Positions 8,642 to 18,903 are shown, counted from the first letter of the stretch. The stretch: DNA of 64,000 nucleotides from an uncultured delta proteobacterium (GCA_963745835.1 CAVUZH010000003.1:960001-1024000); one strand, 5' to 3'. Notes: generated by a model from the sequence alone, not told the origin. Translations and numbers: made by a program.

Positions 8642-9876
8642 CGCCGTCCCAAACGGAAAAACACGATCACCAGCCCAAGAACTACCAATGCAACGATACC
8701 AAATCCTACCCAGCCCCAGAGAGTCGGAGTTGAGACCGTCACCCGAAACTCCACGGAGCGATTGACCTCCGGAGAGTTCGCGGTCAAGGTCATCAAGTAG
8801 TCACCCGCGATGGTTCGCTCCGGCGCCAGGATATCCATTTTTATCTCCCGCACTTCACCTGGGTTCAAAGCATCGAGCTTGTCGGGTCTGAATTCTACCG
8901 TCCACTTATCGCTGGGCTTTTTGCTGATGAAATTCAGATTGCGAATCGGCGCCGTACCGGCATTGGCAACCACAAAATCAACCGGGGTTCGATTGCCGGC
9001 GGTCACTGAAGTGTTGAGAGTGCCAGCCAAGGAGCCCATTTTAAGATCCTGGGTTCCTTTAAGATTTACCTTCAGATCCGCACTGGCTTCGAAAGCTCCT
9101 GATCGAGCCACAATCGTCACCGGCTGCTCTTTAGCATCAGCATTGGCGGGCGTGTCGATCTCAACAGCAACGGTTTCGGAACCATTTTCTTTCAAAAGGA
9201 TTGACGAATATTGTGTATCACCAAACTGTGGCTTGAAACGAACCGCCCAGCCGGGTGGTGTCTGCGCCGTCAGTGACACCGGCAACGGTTTGTTAGTTTC
9301 GTTTTTCAGATCGATCGTGAACTTAAGAGTTTGCCCGGAAGGCGCTGTCAGAACCGGATACTGACTGGTGAGTCTTAACCCGCCAGTAGCGACTTTAGCG
9401 GAAGTTACACGGAAGTTGATTGTGTCGGAGTAAGAGGTCGTTCCCCCGCTGTCCTTGGCAACAACCTTGACATCGTAATTTCCCGGCTTGGTGTTTTGAG
9501 GAACCTTACCCTTGAATTCAATGGTTGTGGATTTTTCTCCCTGGACCGTGACCGAGCGAACCGGATAACTGGGGTACCTCGAATTGAAGTTCGCTTCCCA
9601 ACCCTTGGGAATCGATTCCAGGGACAGATTGACCTCGACCGGATTTTTAGTCCGATTCACAACCTCTGTATCCATCGTGACTTCCTGTCCTTGTCCGACG
9701 GTTAAATCCTTGTACGGGATGATCAGATTGAAGCTCTCTTTTGAGGACGCAGCGTCTTTCTGTTCAGTCTTTTCGGCGGCGAGTGCTGAGTGCTCGAGCG
9801 AACTAGAGCAAAGTAAAAACCACGAGAGCAGCACAAGTATCATTCGCGGGTGCACACGTAGACGCACAAACCTCAT
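8638..9876 (-). CDS. NEW3 (Ig-like) repeat membrane-anchored protein
   Basis: Signal peptide, three beta-rich repeats (PKGW, PPGW, DKW; PGNY, AGDY), C-terminal TM ending RLGRR. Confidence 0.75.
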   Translation of the reverse strand: MRFVRLRVHPRMILVLLSWFLLCSSSLEHSALAAEKTEQKDAASSKESFNLIIPYKDLTVGQGQEVTMDTEVVNRTKNPVEVNLSLESIPKGWEANFNSRYPSYPVRSVTVQGEKSTTIEFKGKVPQNTKPGNYDVKVVAKDSGGTTSYSDTINFRVTSAKVATGGLRLTSQYPVLTAPSGQTLKFTIDLKNETNKPLPVSLTAQTPPGWAVRFKPQFGDTQYSSILLKENGSETVAVEIDTPANADAKEQPVTIVARSGAFEASADLKVNLKGTQDLKMGSLAGTLNTSVTAGNRTPVDFVVANAGTAPIRNLNFISKKPSDKWTVEFRPDKLDALNPGEVREIKMDILAPERTIAGDYLMTLTANSPEVNRSVEFRVTVSTPTLWGWVGFGIVALVVLGLVIVFFRLGRR

Positions 9877-9911
9877 ATCAAAAACCCCCTAAGGTGCGAA
9901 ATTTGGTGCCA

Positions 9912-9940
9912 TAAATAACCATATTAATTCTTAGGGTCAA
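9912..9940 (-). promoter_or_regulatory. Sigma-70-type promoter of the NEW3/ABC operon
   Basis: TTGACC-17 bp-TATTTA on the minus strand. Confidence 0.4.
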
Positions 9941-9957
9941 GAGCTTGCGGCGTAAAG

Positions 9958-10417
9958 TTAAGTTTTTCCCAGCTGCCGTAATCCTTCATACAGAACAATA
10001 GACACCGCATTGGAGAGATTCAAACTCCGAACACCCTCACCAGCCATGGGTATCCGATAGGAAGAATCCGAGTTGGCGTCCAACAAGTGTTGAGGCAAGC
10101 CTCGCGTCTCGGGCCCGAAGACTAGATAGTGTTCTTCTTGGTAGCGTGCTCTGGTATAGGATCTCACCGCCCGTTTAGAAAAGTAGAGCAACCGTTTCAC
10201 CGGCGACTGCCGCTACGAACTCATCCCAGGATTTGTGTACCCGCAGATCGACGAACTGCCAGTAATCAAGGCCGGCGCGCTTCAGGTGACGGTCGTCGAT
10301 TTTAAATCCGAGTGGTTCGATCAAATGGAGAGGGGTCAGCGTAGCTGCGCAAAGCCGAGCTATGCTGCCGGTATTCGGTGGGATCTCGGGTTGAAACAAA
10401 ACTACGTGCACGTTCAA
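9958..10417 (-). CDS. trmL: tRNA (cytidine/uridine-34 2'-O)-methyltransferase, split by a 1-nt frameshift near 10195-10197
   Basis: N-half PEIPPNTG...RAGLDYW; C-half FGPETRGLP...RSLNLSNA; removing one A gives a 152-aa protein. Confidence 0.88.
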
Positions 10418-10851
10418 CTTTCCAAAACGAAGGTAACCGGACCATCGTTGACCAGCGAGACCTTCATTCTGGCTTGGAATTGGCCGGTGGCAACAGAGAC
10501 TCCGGCATCCCGGAGCCGCCCTATAAAATGATTGTAGAGCTTTTCGGCGTGAGCCAATGGCGCCGCATCTGTGAAAGACGGGCGATTGCCTTTTTTACAG
10601 CTGGCGTAAAGCGTAAATTGGGAGACAACTAGAACCTCGCCCCGGGCAGCCACTAAAGATAGATTCATCTTGCCTTCTTGGTCTTCGAATATGCGAAGAT
10701 TTTTAATTTTTTCTGAGAGGAAGTCGGCGTCCGCCACTTCATCATCTCGGCTCACACCCAGTAAAATGCACAGGCCCGATGTTATCTCCCCGACGATGTT
10801 TTCGCCGACGGTAACCTGGGCTTTTGTGACCCTTTGAATGACGGCGCGCAC
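10414..10851 (-). CDS. dtd: D-aminoacyl-tRNA deacylase
   Basis: MRAVIQRV, SQFTL, KGNRPSF, NDGPVT. Confidence 0.95.
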   Translation of the reverse strand: MRAVIQRVTKAQVTVGENIVGEITSGLCILLGVSRDDEVADADFLSEKIKNLRIFEDQEGKMNLSLVAARGEVLVVSQFTLYASCKKGNRPSFTDAAPLAHAEKLYNHFIGRLRDAGVSVATGQFQARMKVSLVNDGPVTFVLES

Positions 10852-11073
10852 GGTTCCCTTGTTAATCTAAAAAGCTTATGCGACCACTGAGGCGGGTTCT
10901 AGTAAAGATTGGCAGCAAAAGACACTGCGAGCAGTCGTAACAGACAAATGGACGAGTCTCAACAGCAGCTATAACCAAAACACGGATCCGGTTAGATATG
11001 AGAGCCCGAATCGAGTTGAAATCCCGCGCACAAGCTCTCAGACTACTAGGTTAGCGCCAGTGCGGGAGATAAC

Positions 11074-11826
11074 ATGAAGCAAATTAAGATTCCGCGCATA
11101 CTGACACTGTTTGTGATTGTGTTCAACGCCGGCATTGCCACCGTCGCATCGGCCAACTTTGAGTTCAATCCCGCGCCGCTGATTTCCAGCAATGGGCAAC
11201 TCCGCGGAGCCGTTTTGCTCTCAGGTACATACCAAGCGCCAGCTCCGCTCAAAGTGGTAAAGAGCCGCAGTTTTTGTGGTTTAACGGTGCCTAACGAAAC
11301 ATTGCTGGTGGATCGGGGCGGTGGGGTCCGCAACGCGGTGGTTATTCTTCGCCCCCTCGATCGAAATGTGAACATTCATCCTGGCAGGATTTTATTAGAC
11401 AACAAACAATGCGCATTTACACCGCACGTGCAAATCGCCGGCATCGGAAGCGAGTTACTCCTCAAAAACAGTGATCCGATTCTCCATACAGTTCATGCGC
11501 GGCTCGGCAACGAAACGCTTTTCAATGTGGGTTTGCCCCGGTGGCGGCAGGTCTCCAAAGTTCTCGACCGGCTGGGTGTCGTCAGAATAGACTGCGATGT
11601 GCTCCATACCTGGATGAGCGCAGCTATCGTGGTGGTTTCAACCCCGTATGTCGCGGTGACCGGCGAGAGGGGGTTATTCACCATCGAAGATATTCCGGCA
11701 GGAAAGTATGCCGTTGAGATCTGGCATGAGGTCCTCGGTATTAAGAAGGCGCAAATCTCAGTCCCCCAAAGCGGCGCGATTTTTCTGGACGCTATCTATG
11801 GCCGGATCCCCGAGATGAAGTCCTAG
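11074..11826 (+). CDS. Exported protein with cupredoxin-like core and carboxypeptidase-regulatory-like domain
   Basis: Signal peptide, NSDPILHTVH, CDVLHTWM, DIPAGKYAVEIWHE. Confidence 0.65.
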   Translation: MKQIKIPRILTLFVIVFNAGIATVASANFEFNPAPLISSNGQLRGAVLLSGTYQAPAPLKVVKSRSFCGLTVPNETLLVDRGGGVRNAVVILRPLDRNVNIHPGRILLDNKQCAFTPHVQIAGIGSELLLKNSDPILHTVHARLGNETLFNVGLPRWRQVSKVLDRLGVVRIDCDVLHTWMSAAIVVVSTPYVAVTGERGLFTIEDIPAGKYAVEIWHEVLGIKKAQISVPQSGAIFLDAIYGRIPEMKS

Positions 11827-11864
11827 GTTTAATAGTCGTTGTCTCTCCGGTATGATCGTTTTTC

Positions 11865-12647
11865 ATGTACCCAATTCTCTTCCAATTCGGTCCCATAACG
11901 ATTTACAGCTTCGGCGCCTTCATGGCGCTGGCGGCGCTATCCGCCGCTTGGGTGGTTCACTCCGAGCTAAAAAGACGAGGTTATAATCCCGAACTGGCGT
12001 CTTCGATGGTCTTTGCCGCCGCCATCGGCGGACTCGTCGGCGCCCGGCTTTTGTTCATCCTGGGTGACTGGAATAATTTTTTAGCTTCTCCCTCAAGCTA
12101 CATTTTTACCGGTGCCGGATTTACCTGGTACGGCGGATTGTTTGGTGGCGCCGTGGCGGTATCTTGGATTGTCAGAAAAAATGAAATTCCATGGCTCGTC
12201 GGCGCGGATATTGCCGCTCCAGCCTTGGCTATCGCCTATGGCGTCGGCCGCCTGGGTTGCCACTTCGCCGGGGACGGCGACTGGGGTTTGATCACCGACG
12301 TGCCTTGGGGTGTTGCGTACACTAACGCGATTACTGGTTGGGTTGATCCGATGACGGGAGTTCCTTATCCACCCGGCGTCCGCGTGCATCCCACCCCTAT
12401 TTACGAGTTTCTACAATCACTAGTTATCTTCGGAATCCTCTGGAGCATTAAAAACAAGGGACTCGCCCCTGGGACAATCGCGTGGCTTTATCTAGTATTG
12501 GCGGGCCTTGCGCGGTTTACCATTGAATTTTGGCGCGTCAATCCGATTTTGGCGGCCGGTCTTAGCGAGGCTCAGTGGATCAGTCTGATTCTAATGGCAA
12601 TCGGATTGGTTATGTTGGCATCGCGCCGGGTCCGGCTTGCCTATTGA
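11865..12647 (+). CDS. lgt: Prolipoprotein diacylglyceryl transferase
   Basis: MYPILF, GARL, GRLGC, HPTPIYE, RFTIEFWR. Confidence 0.92.
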   Translation: MYPILFQFGPITIYSFGAFMALAALSAAWVVHSELKRRGYNPELASSMVFAAAIGGLVGARLLFILGDWNNFLASPSSYIFTGAGFTWYGGLFGGAVAVSWIVRKNEIPWLVGADIAAPALAIAYGVGRLGCHFAGDGDWGLITDVPWGVAYTNAITGWVDPMTGVPYPPGVRVHPTPIYEFLQSLVIFGILWSIKNKGLAPGTIAWLYLVLAGLARFTIEFWRVNPILAAGLSEAQWISLILMAIGLVMLASRRVRLAY

Positions 12648-12751
12648 AAGTTGTCGGACAGGGGTAGCGGTGCGGCCTGGAATGAAAATGCCCGAGGATC
12701 GTCCCGTGCCCGATGCACTTTATTTTGGTAATTGGGTCACGATCTTTTCTG

Positions 12752-13867
12752 CTACCAATTGGCGGACATCACCTGGCAAACCGCTCGATAAGTAGCGACA
12801 TCGTCCTTGCCGGATTCGATCAGGTGCTGTTTGCAGACATGCCTGCACAATGCGATCGCAGCCTGACACACGATCATCGACTTTCCGTTTTTGGTTAAGT
12901 GGCCGCTCACTCTGCCGTGACGCAGAAATACAGTCTCTTCCGGATGATAGATCAAATCGTAAAAGCGAACGTTTTGCGGTATAGTTTGAGCTAAAGTCAT
13001 GGACGCCTGATTGTTCGCATGGATGTCGGCCTGCGCTGCGCGCAGCCAATCCTGCCGGGTTTGTGGGTCATCGAAATCGGATTGAGAGATCGATGCCGGA
13101 TGAGCGGACGCCAAAGCGGAGTACGCTTCCAAGGTGGTAAGTTTGCCGTTCGGCAACTTACGATTTCCCCCTTGCCCCTTGGTGGTCGAGTTAACGATCA
13201 AGCCGACTCGACGCGCCCAATCACCGATTTCAGTTTCGTCGATAGCTTTAACTTGCCGGTCATTTTTTTGAATTTCTGATGCCAGGGACATGGCATGATC
13301 CAGGCTTCGGTTGGCGATTACTAGCTGGCCCTCATTCAGCCTATCCGATAACTCGAAGGCGACGGCGCGTGCCGAGCCGCCTGCACCCAAGAGCAAGACA
13401 TCGGTTTTCGCCAGGGAAGGCATGAATGATTCAGTCTCCTCCGGCAGCGGAGTCAGCAAACTTTCAATGAATCCCTCGCCATCGGTATTGTATCCGACGA
13501 GTTTGCCGGAGGAGGTTCTGACGATGGTGTTGACCGCTTGAACCCGATGGGCCCCCGCTTCAATCTCGTCTAAAAAATCCATAACTCTAATTTTGTGCGG
13601 CACCGTGACATTGATTCCTAGAAAGTTATCTAGACCTTTCAAGGTGGCAATTAGCTCACCTAAGCGAGGCTCAGCGACATCGAAAGGTAGGTAGATCCCG
13701 TTAATGCCCAAAAAATCGAATGCCGCATTCCATAGAGCGGGGCTTTTTGAATAGAAAGACGGCGCGTCACCGACGATCCCGGCGATTGCTTTATCGCCAA
13801 TTAGGTTGGGATCGATCTGATTAGTAATGCAACTTTGAATGGCAGCGATTTGTTTTCGAGATGGCAT
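12752..13867 (-). CDS. aroE: Shikimate dehydrogenase (with internal insertion)
   Basis: SKSP, GINVTVPHK, AVNT, GYNTDGEG, GAGGSARA, YDLIYHP. Confidence 0.85.
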   Translation of the reverse strand: MPSRKQIAAIQSCITNQIDPNLIGDKAIAGIVGDAPSFYSKSPALWNAAFDFLGINGIYLPFDVAEPRLGELIATLKGLDNFLGINVTVPHKIRVMDFLDEIEAGAHRVQAVNTIVRTSSGKLVGYNTDGEGFIESLLTPLPEETESFMPSLAKTDVLLLGAGGSARAVAFELSDRLNEGQLVIANRSLDHAMSLASEIQKNDRQVKAIDETEIGDWARRVGLIVNSTTKGQGGNRKLPNGKLTTLEAYSALASAHPASISQSDFDDPQTRQDWLRAAQADIHANNQASMTLAQTIPQNVRFYDLIYHPEETVFLRHGRVSGHLTKNGKSMIVCQAAIALCRHVCKQHLIESGKDDVATYRAVCQVMSANW

Positions 13868-13941
13868 GGCAAATAGCTCGTCGCCCGGTCAGTTAGACTC
13901 AGGGCGGATTTCGGCAGGCACGGAGCTCGTTGTTGAATCGG

Positions 13942-15369
13942 CTATATGCCGTTTTTGATCGCTAGTCTATTGTCGGAATAGCACAGCAGCGACTTGCGGT
14001 TATCGAGAATCGTCTCCAAAGCGACTTCGTGACCCCAAAGCTGGTTTAAATATTGAAGCGTTTTCTCGGCATACTCCAGTTGCAGATCTCGTCCATCATG
14101 ATGGTGACTGAGGAACAGCGTCCGGGTCTTGTTATAATCGGCATCTTCAATTTTGATCACGGGAATGGTACTGGTGCCGACATTTTGAATCAAAGTTTCT
14201 TTGATCTGACGCCAATTAAGATCATCCGCCACTCGGCTGACGACTTGTTCATTACCCCGCGTTCGATACTCGAATAAGTTGAGTTCTCGCACCAACTCTT
14301 CGGTTAGATAGCGGCGGATAAAGGAGGCATCACGCTCGACTTCTCGCACCTCGAAAAGTTTTTCCGCGCCGCTTTTATTTCGGCGGCCGTACTGTTTCTC
14401 ATCCTCGGCAGAGGGGTGATCCCAGCGTTTTTCGATATTTTCCCAGATCTTCATGCCGACGTGATACGGATTTAAGCCACCGGGGCTTGGCCGTAACACC
14501 TGCGCATGCCGGACCAGAAATTCCAGGTGCAGGTTCTGCGGTAGCTCCAGGGTTTCAAGAATTCGTTTATGCCAAAAGCTCGCCCAACCTTCATTCATGA
14601 TTTTGGTTTCGATTTGCGGGATGAAATACTGAGATTGCTCATGCACGATGGTTAAAAGATCCTTTTCCCAATCAGCCAAATGCGGATTATGGTCACGGAT
14701 AAAGATCAAAAGATCTTCCTCCGGGTACAGAGGAACTTTATTGAGATCCGGAGAAACATAATCTTGCCGTCGATGGATCGCGCCAAAGGGGTCTGCCGGC
14801 GGTTGCGCTTCCTGCACTTTGGTTTCTATTTGTTCCTCGGCGGATAGCTTGCGAATCGACAGGTTGCGGCGGCACTGAAGTGACAGTGCGTGCGCCGCAT
14901 CGAGAATTCGTTCGATTCGTTCCAATCCAATACTCGGATCCTCCACGTAATGCCGCACTCGATTTGCATGGCTTTTGAAAGTTTCAATGGTATATTGTGC
15001 GCGCGTGGCGCCAAACGTGAAATTATTTTTGAAAAAATCGTTGTGTCCGTATACGTGGGCAATGGTGAGGACCTGCAAAGCCAGGCTGTTATCCCGCATC
15101 AAATAAGCAATTGAAGGATTGGAGTTGATTACCATTTCATAAGGCAGTCCGCTCACACCATAATCGTACAGCGTCTTTAATTTTTCGAAGCTTTTTCCGT
15201 AAGACCAATGGGGATAATGAGAGGGCATGCCGGAGTAAACCATGTAAGTAAGCATGTCCTCATGATCACAGATCTCGAACTCTTGAGGGTAAGGGTCGAG
15301 TCCGAACTTATGAACAATCTCAACGATTCGACTGTTCCAAACTTCCAGATCTTCGATCGTATAATCCAT
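13942..15369 (-). CDS. spoVR: SpoVR/YcgB family protein
   Basis: YPHWSYGK, YEMVINSNP, HVYGHNDFF, TKIMNEGWA. Confidence 0.93.
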   Translation of the reverse strand: MDYTIEDLEVWNSRIVEIVHKFGLDPYPQEFEICDHEDMLTYMVYSGMPSHYPHWSYGKSFEKLKTLYDYGVSGLPYEMVINSNPSIAYLMRDNSLALQVLTIAHVYGHNDFFKNNFTFGATRAQYTIETFKSHANRVRHYVEDPSIGLERIERILDAAHALSLQCRRNLSIRKLSAEEQIETKVQEAQPPADPFGAIHRRQDYVSPDLNKVPLYPEEDLLIFIRDHNPHLADWEKDLLTIVHEQSQYFIPQIETKIMNEGWASFWHKRILETLELPQNLHLEFLVRHAQVLRPSPGGLNPYHVGMKIWENIEKRWDHPSAEDEKQYGRRNKSGAEKLFEVREVERDASFIRRYLTEELVRELNLFEYRTRGNEQVVSRVADDLNWRQIKETLIQNVGTSTIPVIKIEDADYNKTRTLFLSHHHDGRDLQLEYAEKTLQYLNQLWGHEVALETILDNRKSLLCYSDNRLAIKNGI

Positions 15370-15394
15370 AGACAGAAGCTACATACCTAAAACG

Positions 15395-16615
15395 CTACGC
15401 CGCATCCTCCCGACCGCGGTCCTTGGCCAGAAAAGTCTTAAACGATGTCCAGATATCCTCCTTCCGATGAATTTGCAGCGTTTGAAAGTTCGGCTCGTCC
15501 AACTGCGAAAATAGGGGAATCAAGCTGCTGCCATAGTAGCCCGCTCCCAACGGTTTGATCTCACCATAGCCGAACAGATTAGAGGACCGGGCCAATTCCG
15601 TGGCTGCCTTGAGGGCGGCCGGATTGTCCGACTCAAAATTGTCGCCGTCTGAACAATGGAAAACATACACGTTCCACAGCGCGGGATGAAATCGCTCGTT
15701 GATAATCTCCAGCGCCTTATTGTAACCGGAAGAAATAAAGGTACCGCCGGATTCGCCCTTGTGAAAGAAATCTTCCTCGCTAACTTCCTGCGCTTCCGTG
15801 TGATGCGCAATAAAAACAATTTCTACATTTTGATAGCGCGTGCTGATGAACTGATACAGAATGAAAAAGAAACTTCGCGCCAGGTATTTCTTCATGGTAT
15901 CCATGGAACCGGAGGTATCCATGATGCACAAAACAACGGCATTGGACTCGCGTCGCAAGTCGCTCACTGAATGGTGGTAACGCAAATCGTCTTTATGGAA
16001 AGGAAATCGGCTACGTGCCCCTATGAGATCTCTTCGCTGAGAGGCCTTCTTACGTTTCAAACGCGATCGAGCCGTCCGTTTTTTATCCAAACGTACGCGA
16101 ACACCTTTGCGCCGGTATCCTTTTTGACGAAACTGCTTCTCAACTTCGATTTGCCGTAGCCGTTTGCGCTCCAAGTCGGGCAGCTCCAGATCCTCGAACA
16201 TTAATTCGATAAGCTCATCGAGGCGAACATCGGTTTCATAGTAATCGACGCCCGGCTGATCTCCAGGCTGCCCAGGTTGCTTTCCTTTTTCCCCCTGGCC
16301 GACAACTTGTCCAGGCTGCGGTTCTTGGTCACCTCCTTGGCCGACTCCGGGCGCGTTATCACCATAGACAAACCGGTATTCTTTAACTCCGCGAATCGGG
16401 ACTTTGATAATGCGATTATTGTCTTTGCCGATGATGGATTCTTCGGCAATGATATCGGCGATATTATTTCTGATAGCCTCGCGGACCTTCTGCCGGTGCC
16501 GCAGCCGATCCCCTGCGCTGCGATCACTACGCTGCCCCGAGGACGAGTTGTACGGACGGAAGATGGTCTCGGCGATCCGAACGATGCCGCTTTGTGGGTC
16601 ACGCGTGACCGTCAT
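15395..16615 (-). CDS. yeaH: YeaH/YhbH (DUF444, vWA-like) protein
   Basis: IMDTSGSM, GESGGT, HCSDGDN; start moved to ATG 16615 just past the prkA stop. Confidence 0.9.
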   Translation of the reverse strand: MTVTRDPQSGIVRIAETIFRPYNSSSGQRSDRSAGDRLRHRQKVREAIRNNIADIIAEESIIGKDNNRIIKVPIRGVKEYRFVYGDNAPGVGQGGDQEPQPGQVVGQGEKGKQPGQPGDQPGVDYYETDVRLDELIELMFEDLELPDLERKRLRQIEVEKQFRQKGYRRKGVRVRLDKKRTARSRLKRKKASQRRDLIGARSRFPFHKDDLRYHHSVSDLRRESNAVVLCIMDTSGSMDTMKKYLARSFFFILYQFISTRYQNVEIVFIAHHTEAQEVSEEDFFHKGESGGTFISSGYNKALEIINERFHPALWNVYVFHCSDGDNFESDNPAALKAATELARSSNLFGYGEIKPLGAGYYGSSLIPLFSQLDEPNFQTLQIHRKEDIWTSFKTFLAKDRGREDAA

Positions 16616-16619
16616 GATC

Positions 16620-18554
16620 TCAGTCCTTCCAAAGATTGTTGGCGGCGTACTTGAGAATGACGTCGACGCAACTTGGGCAGTAGCCGTTCTCGAGCAGATT
16701 CTTGACCATAACGTTATACTTTTCAGATTGTTCCTCGTCACGCATCCGTGATTTCGTAATAACCCGGCTGAGATCTCGGACCGAGGTGATGAGCTTTTTC
16801 TCGATCGCTTCCTTTAATGGTTCATAGCTTCTGTAATCGATTTTTTCGCCGCGCCGGTTTGCCGCCCAAAGATAAGCGATGACTTCTTGACGGAAACCGT
16901 CGGCGGCAGAGCCAATGATCGCGATCTGTTCCTCTATAGACTTCATAAAGCTCTCATCAGGCGAGAGCTCTTCCTTGGTGTTTCGGTCTTTGACCTTGCT
17001 TTTGTTGACATAGGCTTCAGCGTGATCCAAATAGTTCTGGAAAAGCGCTTCGGCTTGTTCCTGATAGGAGTAGACGAAGGCGCGGGTAATCTCTTTCTCT
17101 AGGATCTCCAAATATTCCTTGTGCAGCGCATCCTGCAACAGTTCGAGGTGCTGCTTCCTGGTATCGTCGGGAAGATCGGCTTCCTTCACCATATTGATCA
17201 ATGCCTCGCGCACGTTGATTGGATTGATGCAGTTTCCGGTAGTGTTATCCGACAAGGCATTGTCCAAGGCTTTCATGATAAATCGCGTGGAGATACCGGA
17301 CAGACCTTCTCGCTTGACGCCTTCTTTAAGCTCCTGAACGTCGACCTTTTTGCTTCGGCCTTTTTCGACGACCTCTTCACCATTGTACAGGCGCAACTTC
17401 GTCATCAGATCGCATTTGTTCGTCGGCTCTAGACGCGAAAGGATGGCAAACATCGAGGCCATCTCCAGGGTGTGAGGGGCGACATGAGCGCGGAAATCCG
17501 AGTGGCGGATGATTTTTTGGTAGATCTTCACTTCCTCTGAGAGCCGCAAATTATAGGGCACCCGAATAACCACGATACGATCGAGAATCGCTTCATTGGT
17601 GTGGTCGGCCTTGAACTTCTGCCATTCGGCCTCGTTGGAATGAGCGATGATAACGGTGTCGACGTAAACCAACCCATGCCGTCCGGGAGCCGGCACAACT
17701 TTCTCCTGAGTTGCGGTGATCATGCAGTGAAGATATTCGATCTCGTTCTTGAACACTTCTATGAACTCGACCATTCCTCGGTTGCCGACGTTCAAAGCAC
17801 CATTGAGCTCAAGAACGCGCGGGTCTCCTTCAGAATAAAGATCCAGCTTGGAGATATCCTCGCTGCCGATGAGCACCGAAGTATCCTGATTGTTTGGATC
17901 AACCGGCGGGACAACGCCGATACCGACACGCGAGCGCTTGGAAAACTCGATAGTGGACACCGGAAACTCTTCGTACTTTCCGGCATACTCGTGTTGTAGC
18001 TTGAACCGGCAGACCGGGCAGAGATCGCCTTCAATGTGCACTCCCAGCATCTTTTCAAATTCTTTGCGTAGGTGGCGGGGAATCAAATGAAGAGGTTCTT
18101 CGAACATCGGGCAACCCTCGATGGCGTAAAATGGCGGGCTTTCTTCGAGGCCCCGATGAAGTTTTTCGACCAGCGAGCTCTTACCCGAACCCACCGGTCC
18201 CATGAGGTAGAGGACTTGGCGGCTTTCTTCGCCCTTGAGCGAAGCCGCGTGGAAATAGCGAACAATTTGTGAAATGGTCTTTTCGATACCGAAGAACTCG
18301 TCGGCGAAGAAGTCGTAAACTTTTATCGATTCGTCTTTGTAGATGCGTTTGCCGTGTGGATCGTCGTCTATGTTGATATCTCTGACCCCGGCTTTTATGA
18401 GTACGTCATACAGACGCGCATGAGCCAGCCTGGCCACGCTTGGATCCTCTTTGACTTTATCGAGATACCCGAGGAGATTTCCGCGCCATGATTGGCTTTG
18501 GTGCAGATCTCTATCTTTTTGAATCAGTGCTTGGAATTCTTTGTTATGGTCCAT
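16620..18554 (-). CDS. prkA: PrkA/YeaG AAA+ serine protein kinase
   Basis: Walker A GPVGSGKS, NRGMVEFIEVFK, NEAILDR. Confidence 0.93.
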   Translation of the reverse strand: MDHNKEFQALIQKDRDLHQSQSWRGNLLGYLDKVKEDPSVARLAHARLYDVLIKAGVRDINIDDDPHGKRIYKDESIKVYDFFADEFFGIEKTISQIVRYFHAASLKGEESRQVLYLMGPVGSGKSSLVEKLHRGLEESPPFYAIEGCPMFEEPLHLIPRHLRKEFEKMLGVHIEGDLCPVCRFKLQHEYAGKYEEFPVSTIEFSKRSRVGIGVVPPVDPNNQDTSVLIGSEDISKLDLYSEGDPRVLELNGALNVGNRGMVEFIEVFKNEIEYLHCMITATQEKVVPAPGRHGLVYVDTVIIAHSNEAEWQKFKADHTNEAILDRIVVIRVPYNLRLSEEVKIYQKIIRHSDFRAHVAPHTLEMASMFAILSRLEPTNKCDLMTKLRLYNGEEVVEKGRSKKVDVQELKEGVKREGLSGISTRFIMKALDNALSDNTTGNCINPINVREALINMVKEADLPDDTRKQHLELLQDALHKEYLEILEKEITRAFVYSYQEQAEALFQNYLDHAEAYVNKSKVKDRNTKEELSPDESFMKSIEEQIAIIGSAADGFRQEVIAYLWAANRRGEKIDYRSYEPLKEAIEKKLITSVRDLSRVITKSRMRDEEQSEKYNVMVKNLLENGYCPSCVDVILKYAANNLWKD

Positions 18555-18903
18555 GCCAGAAGCTCCCCTTTCTGGAGAAAAGTTTATCGCGCGGATTTAG
18601 CGTCGATGTTGGTAGAGATAAGCGGTCAAAAGTAACGAGGGATGAATAAAGACCTGTAGCCAGGCTGTAGTATAGGCGCAGAGAGCAGAAACGATTTTTC
18701 CCAGACGTGCTTCACGTTAGGCCGAACGCTGGAAATGCGTGTGCGGTATTGCGCTGGGGGCTGTAAAGCGAGAACCGGGAAAAGTTAATGGCGTGCAATC
18801 GACCTCCGTTAACCCAACGTGCTGGTCTTCTCAGCCCATGCTCTTTGACTTAGACGAGGCCAAAGAACAGTTTCTTCATTCTTACCCGCTGCTTACACCC
18901 AAC

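Noticed and set aside
9895-9911. Sigma-54-like TGGCAC upstream of the NEW3 gene (minus strand)
   Set aside because: GG-to-GC spacing is 11 rather than 10; a sigma-70-type promoter fits better
16616-16741. Extended N-terminus of yeaH overlapping prkA (likewise the long starts given for coxG, ccmE and ccmH)
   Set aside because: Downstream starts adjacent to the preceding stop or an RBS are more plausible
18650-18675. GTAGCCAGGCTGTAG as a JUMPstart/ops element for the RfaH-like gene
   Set aside because: Lacks the GGCGGTAG core
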